In this document: one piece after another, positions 15,401-26,597 of the stretch
How the letters are laid out: each line of letters opens with the position of its first letter
Position numbering within the stretch: position 1 is the first letter of the stretch
NCBI RefSeq assembly: GCF_902459465.1
Contig: NC_047065.1
Span: 17,670,001 to 17,734,000, forward strand
DNA length: 64,000 nt
Reading direction: 5' to 3'
Origin: Asterias rubens
Lineage: Eukaryota
Program-made: the position numbers and the translations under genes
Notes under the pieces: generated by a model
Told to the model about the DNA's origin: nothing
Database searches by the model: none
Seen by the model: the letters and a program-made list of their open reading frames with translations, nothing else

Positions 15401-18400
15401 CCGTTCAGGAAAGAAATAAAGCTGTGCAGGCCCCACACACAGAACAAATATTACAAACACTCGGCGAATTCGTCATGTCAAACCAAATCCATTCATTATT
15501 TAAAGGTTAAAAGTAAACTAAAAAGTCATCTGTGTACTTAGTTAGTCCAATGAATTTCCAAGGTTTGTCAGTATAATCCATCCAATAACCCTTCCGGATG
15601 TCTTTTATCTTTTAATTGTGGACAACGATCTAGGATTTGGAAGAAATCCAACTTAGTTCGAAGATTTGTCCTTGAGCGTGGATTCGATGTGCAGAGCCGG
15701 GTAAAATGAGTCACATCTTCGGTTGGCGCCCCTCCACAATCACGCTAGAATCACTTCAATCTCGGGGGTTCTATGTGCAGTTATTTCTGTGTAAAGGATT
15801 CCACACCGCAAGTTGGGGAGACAACCACAGTCCTCGGTAAATTAGTTTGTGAAACCATGGAGGAAGAAAATTAGATTTCTTCCTCCATGGTGAAACCAAA
15901 GACAACATTTCCAGAGAAATACTCGCAGCCGCCGACTAGTCCATTGTGTTATAATGTGTCCAATTAAGGCTTGGTTTTAATTCTACCAAATTCAGTTGGA
16001 CGGTGAGGGTTGGTTTGTCTGGAAACATGATATTTTAATGACATTTCTGAAAAAAGGGATTAACTAAATGAAGTTTTTCCAGTTAAGATAATGCACAAAC
16101 TTACATTTTGGTAGGTGTGCAATTACACATAAATCATGTTTCAAAACAGTGATGGGATTTCCAACATGTTTTTCATAATTCCGATGACGGCTCGAGCTTT
16201 TCACAGATGTTTTATTTCGTATATAGATTTCACATAATATAGTGTGAAAAAGGGCCTTGAATGTGAATGTGACAAATAAATATTAAATAAATGAATGATT
16301 TCAAACAACTAAAATCTAGTTTGCCAAGGACACCGATGTAATTAATTTAGTGAGATCTGCGTCGTATTTGACATTGCCGCGTGTATTATTGTCAAGAGTT
16401 CTTATTGTGTTTAGTTTACCTTTTAACCTTTATCATGTGAGCCAAAACTCTGTTTAAATGTTACGTTGAATACGGTTGATTATAACAAAATGACAATGAC
16501 CTACTTTTGAAAGGTTTTAATCGAGCGACCGGAAATATCTCCAGATTCCCTTGTGATGTTAACTCCGCCCTCCTTCCCTTGCATTGTCTTCTTTCGTGGA
16601 AAGTAAATCAACTTTGAGTGAATGACAATTTGGACAAAGGATTGGCAATCCCGCAATGTTTTGCAAAGAACCCGTTACCTAGCGCCATAAATGATGTAGA
16701 TCCACCTCTACAAGGACTATGAAGGCAGAACCATGCAACGAGAACATTGGTCTCCAAATCAGCATGCAGCTGCTTCATTCAAAACAGTGTCACAATAGGG
16801 CCTAGACATTCTGTCGTTTTTCAACTTGATCAAGAAGATGTTATGGTAAATTAGACCGAGCTTTGTACTTTTGCTATTTTTAAATAAACATTTTAAATGG
16901 CTGTTTGTTTTGGGTTTTTTATTACCCGTTTTGTTCTTGAATTGACGTTTGCGAAAGATCTCCGGAACCCGAAATGTATTTGTTCTAGCTTCAGTTTGCG
17001 TTTAAATTGTTACAGAAGGCTTATAAAGTTATTGTCACTAACTTCCCTTTAGTTCAAATCCCTTTAGTCCCAACATTCAAAATAAATCTGAAGTACCTTC
17101 AGCACACCACACAGAGCATGAACGTAAGGTTTGATATCATTTCGCTGAATGAAGAAAATACACATCTCAAATGCTCGGTTACTTGGAGAAAGTTCAAGTG
17201 CTGATCTACGTGTCATTTAGATGAGGTTGCGGTGTACAGGGTACAAATCTCTTTCAAACTCTCTGCTATAATCCCACATTGCAAAGTTTCGAATCATTTC
17301 TTACTCGTACATTTTGTTGTTTAATCTACTTTTACTCTCTGACAGTGTTTGATTCAGGATGGCATATTATTTGACTCGTACACACTGACCTTTAACCCCA
17401 TAATGACGGTTGATGACCCCATTTTGTAACAATAGAAACTGGAGCAAACAAATTCTAGCGGTCAGCGGTATTTAGTCTCAATGATAATGCCACAAGTAAA
17501 TCATTCTCAATAATTCTCAGAAATTGCGCACCTTCCGACCACCAAATGACCTCATTCGAGTATGGTACCCAGTCGTCTCGATATACAAACCAATACGTTT
17601 TAGATGGAGCCGTTTTATATGAGCTAACCATGGGGTTGGTCGTTCAACTGCGGGCTATTTTCCCGCTTTTAGTTTTAGTTTCAGATTTCATGAGTTTCAG
17701 TTTTAAAGATGATGTGGGCCTACCTTTCCGATTCAACCAATCTCGTTAGAGATTTCAGGAATAAGTGCAAGAATTTTTAATTAGTATGGTAACCAGACAT
17801 TTTCGTAGACCTTGAAACAACTATTTCTATGTGAGCCCTTTCTATCTAAAGTATTGTGAGAATGTCTTCCAGTAGCTTGTAAATTCAACTGGGTCAATGA
17901 GTGTCCATATACAATATTGAGCAACTGCATTCAGTTCTCCCTACTCAAACGCACAGTCTCTCTGTGGTTGCCTAGTGCCTCTATGCCCTGTAAGATCATG
18001 TCAGAAATGGAGTGATTAGGAAGATTGAAGTGATGACCTACAGGTGTATCTAGCTTTTGGGTCTTGACTGTAGATCTGTGGCCGTAGAAACGCCTCTTGA
18101 GTGTAGTTCTTGTTTCACCTATATATTGAACACCACAGACTCTGCAAGATATGAGATAAATGAGATTAGTGGTGGTGCAGGTGACATGACCCCTTGTCTT
18201 ATGGGTGGTACCGCCGGTGTTACTGGTGAAGGAGTCCGATTTCCTGATGTGTTGTCTACAGACGATGCATTTGGAGATGTTGGAACACCTAAAAGTTCCC
18301 TGTGGTAGAGGGGGATTAACATCATCATTAATGGGAGGGACTTCTGCTCGGACAATGAGATCCCTGAGACTTGGTGGGCGTCTGTAGGCAACTATGGGTT

Positions 18401-21400
18401 CTTCCTGCACAGCACGTTGAAGTCGATCTGATGTGTCAAGAATATGATGGTTAGAACTGGTTATTTTACGAATGGGAGGAAGTGAGGGGTGGAAGGTGAC
18501 AACAAAAGGAACTTTCCCCGTAGGACTCTGTTGTTTCTTTGGTCCTTTGGAAAGTACTGACTCCCTAGAACGAGCCTTGACTTTCTGGATAGCTCGATGG
18601 ACTGCTAGAGAGCTATGACCCCTGGAAACAAGGTGTTTCTTAAGTTTCTTAAGCTACTCACACAATAACACTGTCAATATAACCATGATATAACCATGGA
18701 GGTAGATGCGATATTCCTACGTTTTGACATCATCAAAATTACCTGAAACTCATAACAAAAAGAAATTAGGGGGCCATGAATCAAAATGGAGCATATTGGA
18801 ACGTTGCGATCATAAGAAACAACGGAGTCGACACCCACAAGCTGGGAGTTCATAGCGCCCGGGATTTAACACCTCCAACCCCCACGAGACACGGCATGGG
18901 CGGTACGTGATATTCCACAAGGCTTATTTCACGTTCCGATTGCTCCACGCCGTGGGGCCATACAAGCGTCCGTTACACCATGGTTACACGGACTCTCTGA
19001 ATGCTAATCTTACGTTCGATTTTTGACCATTATTTACGATTTCAAATCGTCACGTATCCGTAATCTGAATAGGTAGTCTATACTTAAAATTTCACTGTTT
19101 TCCTTTTAATAGGCCTATAATGACCACGGAATTACTCTTTGAGCAAAGATTATTAAAAATAGCGCGCCGATCACATTGACCTTTGACTCGGTCTAGTTTG
19201 AATAGTCATCTTCAACCCGTCACGTGATAGGAATAATCGAGTCATTTGCATAGTCTGGCCACGCCTTCAATTTGCAAATGTCCTAGACCTTGGTGAGCAC
19301 AGGACATGGGGAGAGATCCGGAAATCAGAGAAACAGAGCGCCCGCTAGCGTTCGTTCATTACAAGCGTGTACAGTTTTTGCCGTGCATAATCGGAACGTT
19401 GGTTGTGTGTGACCACGCAACACCAATGGTCTAGGAACCTAGACTACAGCCAATCATGCGAAGTTTGCTTCGTGCATACTACGTGTCTCGTACGCTGTGT
19501 TGTTGTGATGTGCGAGGCATGGTAGTCGATGTCAGCATAAAAAAATTTGTGTGTGATTGGCTGAGGTTGTGAACTGTGGCAATTTCGGTGTACAAAAAAA
19601 AAGATCGCACAAAAGTCGATGGTCGAGGGGGTCGTGGGTCGTGGGCCGAGGGGGTTTTAGAACAACCCGTTTGATATTAATTTTAATGTAAAACTCCTTG
19701 TAGTATTTCCTGACATCTATTGAGACGTCTTTTTATTGATCATGGGATCGGAGGAGTCAATTCTTCTATGTTCAAATGTTTAAATACTGAATGGGTTGTT
19801 GATTAGTAAGAGATTATGCATTGTCGGGCATCAGCCAAAACCAAAACATTAATGTAGAAATCGAAAGCTTCATGGTCGGATGTGATAATTACAGGTTAAA
19901 ATTGAAGTAATAAACCATAGGTTAGAATTTAAAACGCAAGGTGATTGTTGCAATGTGGTTCGGTGAATTATTGTATACCTTTGTACACTTTCCGTTCTTA
20001 TTCTTAAAGACTACGCATTGCCTCAATCCTTTTTTCCATCAGTTTTCAGAAGAAAAAAAATAGTTTAACAGCTATTTCTAAATATGATAAGAGTCAACAA
20101 TAATTATAAATCTCATATATGGAGATGATGCGCACTTTATCAGAACACTTAACCACTTAACCACGAACACAGACCTAAACCAGTTTGGGCCCATGATCAA
20201 TCAATTTGTCCCGCCTGTTTGTCGTTCCATACTCATCCCGATTGGGCGATATATTCTTCATTGTGGTTCTATGATTAGTGATTTGATAGACAGCGAGACT
20301 AAGATAAAACCTCACATCAACAATGGGGAAATGATTGATTCCAAGCTCAGATTCTTTGTCAGTCATTATTGCTCATAGGGTCGTCGACACCTATAAACAT
20401 AAGAATGATTTGGAGCCATTGCTCAAAATGAGGGACTCGTGGCTCATTTCGGTGACGACCTAGTCTTGGTTCCAAGACCATTGGTGTTGCGCGGTCACAC
20501 ACAACCAACGTTCCGATTATGCACACGGCAAAAACTGTACACGCTTGTAATGAACGAACGCTAGCGGGCGCTCTGTTTCTCTGATTTAGATCTCACCATG
20601 TCTAGAGTCTTGGACATTTGCAAATTGAAGGCGTGGCCAGACTATGTAAATTATGTTTAATGTATGCAATATTCATATCACGTGACGAATTGAAGATGAC
20701 TATTCAAACTAGATTGAGTCAAAGGTCAATATGATCGGCGCTCTATTTTTAATAATCTTTGCTCAAAGTGATTTCGTGGTCATTAGGCCTATATTAAAAG
20801 GAAAACAGTGAACTTTCAAGTATAAACTACTTATTCAGATTATGGATACGTGACGATTTGAAATCGTAAATAATGGTCAAAAATCGAATGTAAGATTAGC
20901 ATTCAGAGAGTCCGTGTAACGGACGCTTGTATGGCCCCACGGCGTGGGGCAATCGGAACGTAAGCCTTGTGGAATATCACGTACCGCCCATGCCGTGTCT
21001 CGTGGGGGTTGGAGGTGTTAAATCCCGGGCGCTATAACTCCCAGCTTGCGGGTGTCTAATCCGTTGCTTCTCATGATCGCAACGTTCCAATTGCTCCATT
21101 TTGTTTCATGGCCCCCTAATTTCTTTTTGTTATGAGTTTTCAGGTAATTTGGATGATGTCAAAACGTAGGAATACCGCACTTTGTTATATTGGCATCGTT
21201 GTGTGAATAGCTTAAACAAATTATGAGAATTTTTTATAAAAGGTTGAAATAAAAATAATGATAAAACAAAATTCCCTCAAAGCATAATTTTGTCAAACAA
21301 AGTATTATTTTTTAATTCTGTGAATGAAGAGTTATTTTTGAGGTAATGATTAAATTGGGCAACTAGTGGAATTTATGACCCGACTATAGTCGCAGCACTC

Positions 21401-22925
21401 AGCTCCGCGCTCTGCTTACATTCCAAGATCTGCTTACGTTCCTTGAAGTTACGCTATAATATCAAAAGGTGCGCTTTCAATCCTATGTCAAGTTACGCTT
21501 ACGTTCTAAGATACGCAGCTACATTTACGTTCCAAGATATGCTTACGTTTCAAAAGATATGTTAACGTTCCAAGCTACGCAGCTACTCAGCTACGCTACA
21601 TTCCTAGATCTGCTTACGTTCCTTCAAGTTACGCTATAATATCAAAAGGTACGCTTTCAATCCCATGTCAAGTTACGGTTACGTTCCAAGATACGCAGCT
21701 ACGTTTTTTTCCAAGTTATGGTTACGCTCCAAAAGATATTTTTTTGTTCCAAGCTGCGCAGCTACTCAGCTACGCTTATACACTCCAAGATACGTTTAGG
21801 TTACGCTATAATATCAAAAGGTACGCTTTCAATTCCGAGTCAAGCTATGCTTACGTTCCAAGATCTGCAGCTACGCTTACCTTTCAAAATACGTTCTCAA
21901 AAATCCCTCAAGATTTCCTTCCCCCAAGATTAAACAACTTTCACTGTGAATAACACTACAGGACCCACCAGTTATCTGTTTGGCAGAAAATACTGTATAC
22001 AATTTCTTTACTATCTACAACATTTCAAATTTAATTAAAAATTGGCTGGTAACCAGTTTCTGCAAAGCAATACTAAGTACTTTATGCTAACTAAGCAAAT
22101 TGTTGTGCCAATACAGGCTTCATGAAATTGGGCCCTGGCACGTCGGGAGAATAACGCCACGATCGCATTTCAAACTGGGTCGATCCTACCTCCATGCTCA
22201 AACTGCACCACGGCAATGCAGAAGTCTGGAACTGGATATTAATAGAAAGGTTTGTGGTGTTACCGCAAACCTTTCTATATTGTATTTCCACCATGCAAAG
22301 TTTCAAATCCTACTGATCTGGATATTATTATACTCCGATAAAAACGTATACCCACACACACATGCAGAGTATAGCAAAAGTCATGCAACGTACTTACTGC
22401 ATGCATTGTACACTGCATGCACAACACTGATTATTATTCATGAGCCACCGCAACGCAGCCTCTGATTGGCTCCACCGGAAAGTCGGGGGAGATTTGCCGA
22501 AAAACAATAAAAAAGTTAAGACCCGTCGTTGCAAATAACCAAGACCATGGTGAGATCTAAATCGGAGAAACAGAGCGCCCGCTAGCATTCGTTCATTACA
22601 AGCGTGTACAGTTTTTGCCGTGCATAATCGGAACGTTGGTTGTGTGACCGCGCAACACCAATGGTCTTGGAACCAAGACTAGTGACGACCTTTTATGCTA
22701 ACGACAACGACACCCGCTCGGTGCAGAAAAATGACAGGGTCGTTGTCACCAAAGCATCGCAAGCTTCGATCCAACGAAAAATTAATATTATGTTTTGCGG
22801 AATTCTAATTGTTCTATCACTTTTTCTGTTTCATGACATTCCAGGCAAGACGGAGAGGTCAGCCAAGTCCGGCAAGTACGAGCGGCAGTAGTGGGGGAAC
22901 AAATAGCAGTAATGAGGGGTGCTGA
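448..22925 (+). CDS. CBFB: Core-binding factor subunit beta (RUNX partner), 5'-partial, 4 coding exons in window
   Basis: Exons with AG/GT borders, all phase 0: 448-570 (AFSSTGTNLHLQFFP...NREYVDFDREIGR), 10698-10814 (VHLKTRFILNGVCVVWRGWVDLQRLDGIGYVEYDEDKAR), 11417-11536 (VEDSVLRQSMDQQSRRLREFEERQ...EAEVE), 22845-22925 (ARRRGQPSPASTSGSSGGTNSSNEGC*). These match remembered human CBFB segments AFVATGTNLSLQFF/SREYVDLEREAGK, VYLKAPMILNGVCVIWKGWIDLQRLDGMG and the C-terminus ARRQQDPSPGS. N-terminal ~55 aa lie upstream of the window. The last exon is less certain than the first three. Confidence 0.95.
1182..1256. repeat. 31-bp tandem repeat, ~2.4 copies
   Basis: tggctcaccgtgattcacattgattgaatga starts at 1182, 1213, 1244. 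Confidence 0.85.
2996..3334. mobile_element. MITE, TTAA-type (Kolobok/T2-like), family A copy 1
   Basis: TIRs aggaacacgttgccttggatcggacgagttggtc ... gaccaactcgacccatccaaggcaaggtgct followed by ttaa; internally palindromic; second copy at 4929. Confidence 0.75.
4701..4815. repeat. 38-bp tandem repeat x3
   Basis: aatgaaaacgatagaaacaactgtttgaacagtggagg at 4701, 4739, 4777. Confidence 0.9.
4929..5274. mobile_element. MITE family A copy 2
   Basis: ttaa|aggaacacgttgccttgggtcggtcgagttgg ... ccaactcgaccgatccaaggcaacgcgttcct; homologous to 2996-3334. Confidence 0.75.
10936..11302. repeat. ~185-bp tandem duplication in CBFB intron
   Basis: aagatctaatctgtgttgacgtgaag...gaaggaatgagacaat occurs twice back to back. 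Confidence 0.9.
11765..11817. repeat. (CAA)n microsatellite
   Basis: Direct reading; intronic, so the poly-N/Q ORF is spurious. Confidence 0.9.
12829..12849 (+). CDS. CBFB: Candidate alternative terminal exon of CBFB (RKENKA*)
   Basis: Strong pyrimidine tract and TAG acceptor (ctctctttctgcccttttgttgtag|AGG), phase-0 compatible with exon 11417-11536; AATAAA at 13022. No homology support. Confidence 0.3.
   Translation, partial: RKENKA
17900..18650 (-). mobile_element. Penelope-like retroelement fragment (RT thumb/linker plus GIY-YIG endonuclease), truncated at both ends
   Basis: Minus-strand frame reads KLKKHLVSRGH...KVPFVVTFHPSLP...AYRRPPSLRDLIVRAE...CSNISKCIVC...CTTTNLIYLISCRVCGVQYIGETRTTLKRRFYGHRS...PVGHHFN, the typical PLE GIY-YIG signature; degenerates near 17930. 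Confidence 0.9.
18651..19446 (-). mobile_element. Truncated inverted copy of the 20461-22681 element
   Basis: Reverse complement of ~20461-21213; terminus ggtctaggaacctagacta at 19428-19446; other end replaced by the PLE fragment. Confidence 0.85.
20461..22681. mobile_element. Non-autonomous DNA transposon, ~145-150-bp TIRs, 9-bp TSD (Mutator-like by TSD length)
   Basis: TIRs 20461-~20612 and 22539-22681 (tagtcttggttccaagacc... / ...ggtcttggaaccaagacta); exact direct repeat gtgacgacc at 20452-20460 and 22682-22690; no transposase ORF. Confidence 0.85.
21380..21900. repeat. Degenerate ~175-bp tandem repeat x3 inside the transposon
   Basis: ataatatcaaaagg recurs at ~21457, 21637, 21809; built from ttacgttccaagat/agctacgc submotifs. 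Confidence 0.75.
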
Positions 22926-23005
22926 ACGGTAGCAACGGGGGAACAAATAGCAGTAATGAGGGGTGCTGAACGGTAGCAATGTGGGAACAATGAGGGTTGC
23001 TGAAA
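22893..23005. repeat. 44-bp tandem repeat overlapping the CBFB stop codon
   Basis: gggggaacaaatagcagtaatgaggggtgctgaacggtagcaac at 22893 and 22937 plus a degenerate third copy. Confidence 0.85.
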
Positions 23006-23715
23006 CAATGAGCAGACGGCACTATAATCTCAGCGGAGTTGGAAACATAATAGGTTGGTGTTATGATGGGTGATTTGAAAATGAAGTGTGGATAATAATA
23101 AATTTGAGTGAAACACACAATCACGGGTAACATTGCAAAGTACACAAGCTTAATTATACTGATGCAACAATTAGTATGTATAACAGTGGTATAACAACGT
23201 TATTCCCGTCTACCTATTCATAGATGGGGAATATTGCGGTATGTGTCAGAACGTGCCAATTGGGTTCAAACCAGCACATCTCTTACTGTTTATTTCACCT
23301 AAGATTTTATTTCCATTTATTTCAAGAAAGATTGTATTGTTTTACCACCGCATTGAAGGTTTAATGTGACTAAATGACTGTACGACTAAAGTTGTTTTTC
23401 TAAGAAATACATAAACTAATTAGGTCATTTTGTTATTTCTGTACGTAATGTGACCGGGTCCAATTTCACACAACATAAGTAAAGTTCAGCACAATTCATA
23501 AATATAATATTACAAGCCAAGTTCATTTTTATTATGTTTGACGGATAGCTGCAGTATTCTGTAAACTTTGCTTAGCAGGAAAAACTTATCTGCTGATCGA
23601 GCGGCTCTTTGAAAATGGGCACGGGTCCCAATTACGTTAAATGAGTTCATTTTCTTTGTGCGACTTATAAAATGAAAAGTCAGTGTTGCATTTTGCGTGT
23701 ATCGTACGCAACTCT

Positions 23716-23922
23716 TGCCCAATCAAGAACCCAGCTGTAGTTAGAGTAACTTTACGTGTCGGCCAATCAAGAACCTGTTGTAATTAGACGAACCGTGGCG
23801 CCCAATCAAGAACCCAGCTGTAATTAGACGAACTTTACATGGCGCCCAATCAAGAATCAAGCTTATATTAGACGAACTTTAACGCCCAACTAAGAATCTA
23901 GCTGTAATTAGACGAACTTTGC
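23716..23922. repeat. Five-unit ~42-bp CCAAT-containing repeat
   Basis: gcccaatcaagaa...taattagacgaac units; CCAAT at 23719, 23763, 23802, 23846, CCAAC at 23886. Confidence 0.8.
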
Positions 23923-25029
23923 ATAATTGCCACGTATGTAGACCCCCGTTCAGCACCACCGCAGTGATCAAGGATACTTGGGTTGTTGTTTAATGTTTAT
24001 GTAGTGTTTCATTTCACAAAGTAAAACATGGTCGTGCCGAGTTGATTTTCTAATGGAACAAACCAATCTGCGATCGGTAAAAGTGAGTCATAGCTTTATC
24101 AGAGTATTGCGGACACTCGGGATCAGCCAATTGATGAGTTAAACCCAGTTCTGAATATAATGTCCTTGTATATGGAACCGCCGAATATAGTAGCATTTTA
24201 ACAAGTCACCTGTATTAAAATGTAAGTATTGCCAATGTCTGTCATAGCAGATAAATAAGTCTTTTATATCGTTTAAATTATAATGTAAAACTACGCTGTA
24301 TACGTGAAGCAGTGACACACTATTATTATGTTAATCCATAAAACACTTTTGAGAAGTCAACAATTTCAAATTAATGATTCCAGTTAATACCTTTTTAAAC
24401 CTATTTATTTTTACTTTGTTGTTGTTACTGTTTTCACTGTGTTTCGTTCCAAACAAACATGCATTGAATGTTGATGTCACAAATTGTTGTTATTTAAGAA
24501 TTCGAATTAAATAACATGCCTATTATTTCATGAGCTTTTCCTGCAATTGTAAATTCGCATGTGTGTTAATTGGCCATGTTGGTAAAATGCCAGTCCCAAG
24601 TGCTTCCAGTCGCCAACCACACAAGTAATAATATGAACAGTATAATAATTATAACCGACACAGCAATGAACAGGTGTCCCGTGCAATGGGTGTCTTCGCC
24701 CGTTCCGATCCTCCATCGTTTGTATTATTATCTTATGCAGTTAACCGTTGAGGGCGGCATTAATAAAAGTTGGGCTCCTCTTTATTGCGCAAAATTCCTG
24801 GAATGCATCTTTCGGACAGTTGCTGGATAACTGATACAATTTTCTAAATGTTTGGCTTTCACTTACAAATGCTTTTTTAAAGCTTGTGTTAATTTTCGAG
24901 TCACTGGGACAAAGTCCTCTTAACATCGTTTATCTAAAACATGTTATAATTAATAACTGAATGAGAGACAATTGTTTTATGTAGATGATGATAGTACATG
25001 TACATCAAACTCGGTGACATTCACATGGT

Positions 25030-25165
25030 TCTCGGTGGTATCATAGAGCAAGGGTCAGATCGTGGGTTCGAATCCCGCCCAAGCATGTGGCAAGCCGGGA
25101 TTAGACTGGACCCAAAGTGCTCGTTTTACATCGGTGTAAGCTTAAGGGATATGCAACCATAATGA
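25030..25165 (+). mobile_element. tRNA-derived SINE fragment
   Basis: B-box ggttcgaatcc at 25065; shares acatcggtgta with the SINE at 55562; ends in (atg/att) repeats. Confidence 0.5.
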
Positions 25166-25347
25166 TTATGATTATTGATTCTTTAAAATCCTATAAATTG
25201 TTCCTCACATTTTATTACTAAGCCAACGAATTAGGTTTGATAGTTTATAGGGAAAACAGTTTGACTATACCGTAGGAGGTAGAATTTAACTCTACCTCGA
25301 TGGTAAAACTCACTCGGTGGTGACTTATAAGTTTTGATTTATATTAA

Positions 25348-25713
25348 AGACAGTGGACACTATTGGTAATTGTCTAAGACTAGTCTTCTCACTTGGTGTA
25401 TCTCAACATATGCAAAAAATAACAAACCAGTGAAAATTTTAGCTCAATATTATTGCTCGTCGAAGTTGCGAGATAATAATGGAAGAAAAAACACCGTCAC
25501 ACGAAGCTGTGCTTTCAGATGCTTGATTTCAAGACCTCAAATTCTAAATCTGAGGTCTCGAAATCAAATTCGTGAAAAATTACTTCTTTCTCGAAGACTA
25601 CGTTTCAGCCGTTTTTCACAATGTTTTATACTATCAACCTCTCACCACTCGTTACAAAGTAAGGTTTTATGCTAATACATATTTTGAGTAATTACCAATA
25701 GTGTCCACTGCCT
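25348..25713 (+). mobile_element. MITE, TTAA TSD (Kolobok/T2-like), family B
   Basis: ttaa|agacagtggacactattggtaatt ... aattaccaatagtgtccactgcct|ttaa. Confidence 0.85.
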
Positions 25714-26083
25714 TTAAACATGTTGTTTGTTTGTAAAATTTAAAAAGGTTTTTTTTTTTACCCAGATCCACAAACCAATAAAAGTGCTTTCTTAGCAGGC
25801 TGCATATGGTGAAAAGTAATTAATTAAAGCCATCGTTAATTATTCCCTTTGATTGTGTTTATTTCCATGTACTGTTTTGTATTTTATTCTGTCATACAAT
25901 AACCGGCTTGTATACGTCCTAATTCTTGAGCAATGGGCGTTGCAATTTATTCGGAAACTCAGTGTAAACTATAACTTACAACAACAAAAATCACTCTGGA
26001 AGACATATTCCAGATGTATACCCATTTTCATGGAATGTCCCATAATAATTAGATCTACGGCTCATATTATTGGGTTAACTTAA

Positions 26084-26339
26084 AGGCAGTGACACTATTG
26101 GTAATTACTCAAAATAATTATCAGCCAAAAACTCACTTGGTAAATGAGTAATGGGGAGAGGTTGATAGTTTTTGAGAAAGAAGTAATTTTCCACAATTTT
26201 TTCTTTCATAGTTATCTCGCAACTCCGACGACCAATCAAGCTCAAATTTTCACAGGTTTTTTGTTTTATGCATAGTTATGTTGAGATACACCAAGTGAGA
26301 AGACTGGTCTTTGACATATACCAATAGTGTCCATTGTCT
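26084..26339 (-). mobile_element. MITE family B, internally deleted, opposite orientation
   Basis: ttaa|aggcagtgacactattgg ... ccaatagtgtccattgtct|ttaa. Confidence 0.8.
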
Positions 26340-26597
26340 TTAACTGATTCGGGGGGGGGGGGTGAGCCGCCTTCTTCTTAGATACATTGCCACTCCCATT
26401 ACATTTGCCCCATCCACAAAACAAAATCGATGAAATAACGTAGGCGTGCAGTGTTGCTATTTTTCTGTTGTCCATCCTGTTAACTAAAGACAGTGTGTGA
26501 AAAATCCGCATAGGTTTTATGTTTCTCATGGAAAAAGTAGAGCCTTATAATTTCAACCCCCCCCCCCCCCCCCCCAGATCCACAAGCCAGCAATCGT

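Noticed and set aside
17540-17640. Minus-strand YWFVYRDDWVPYSNEV, superficially WWE-like
   Set aside because: Too short, stop upstream, no splice support
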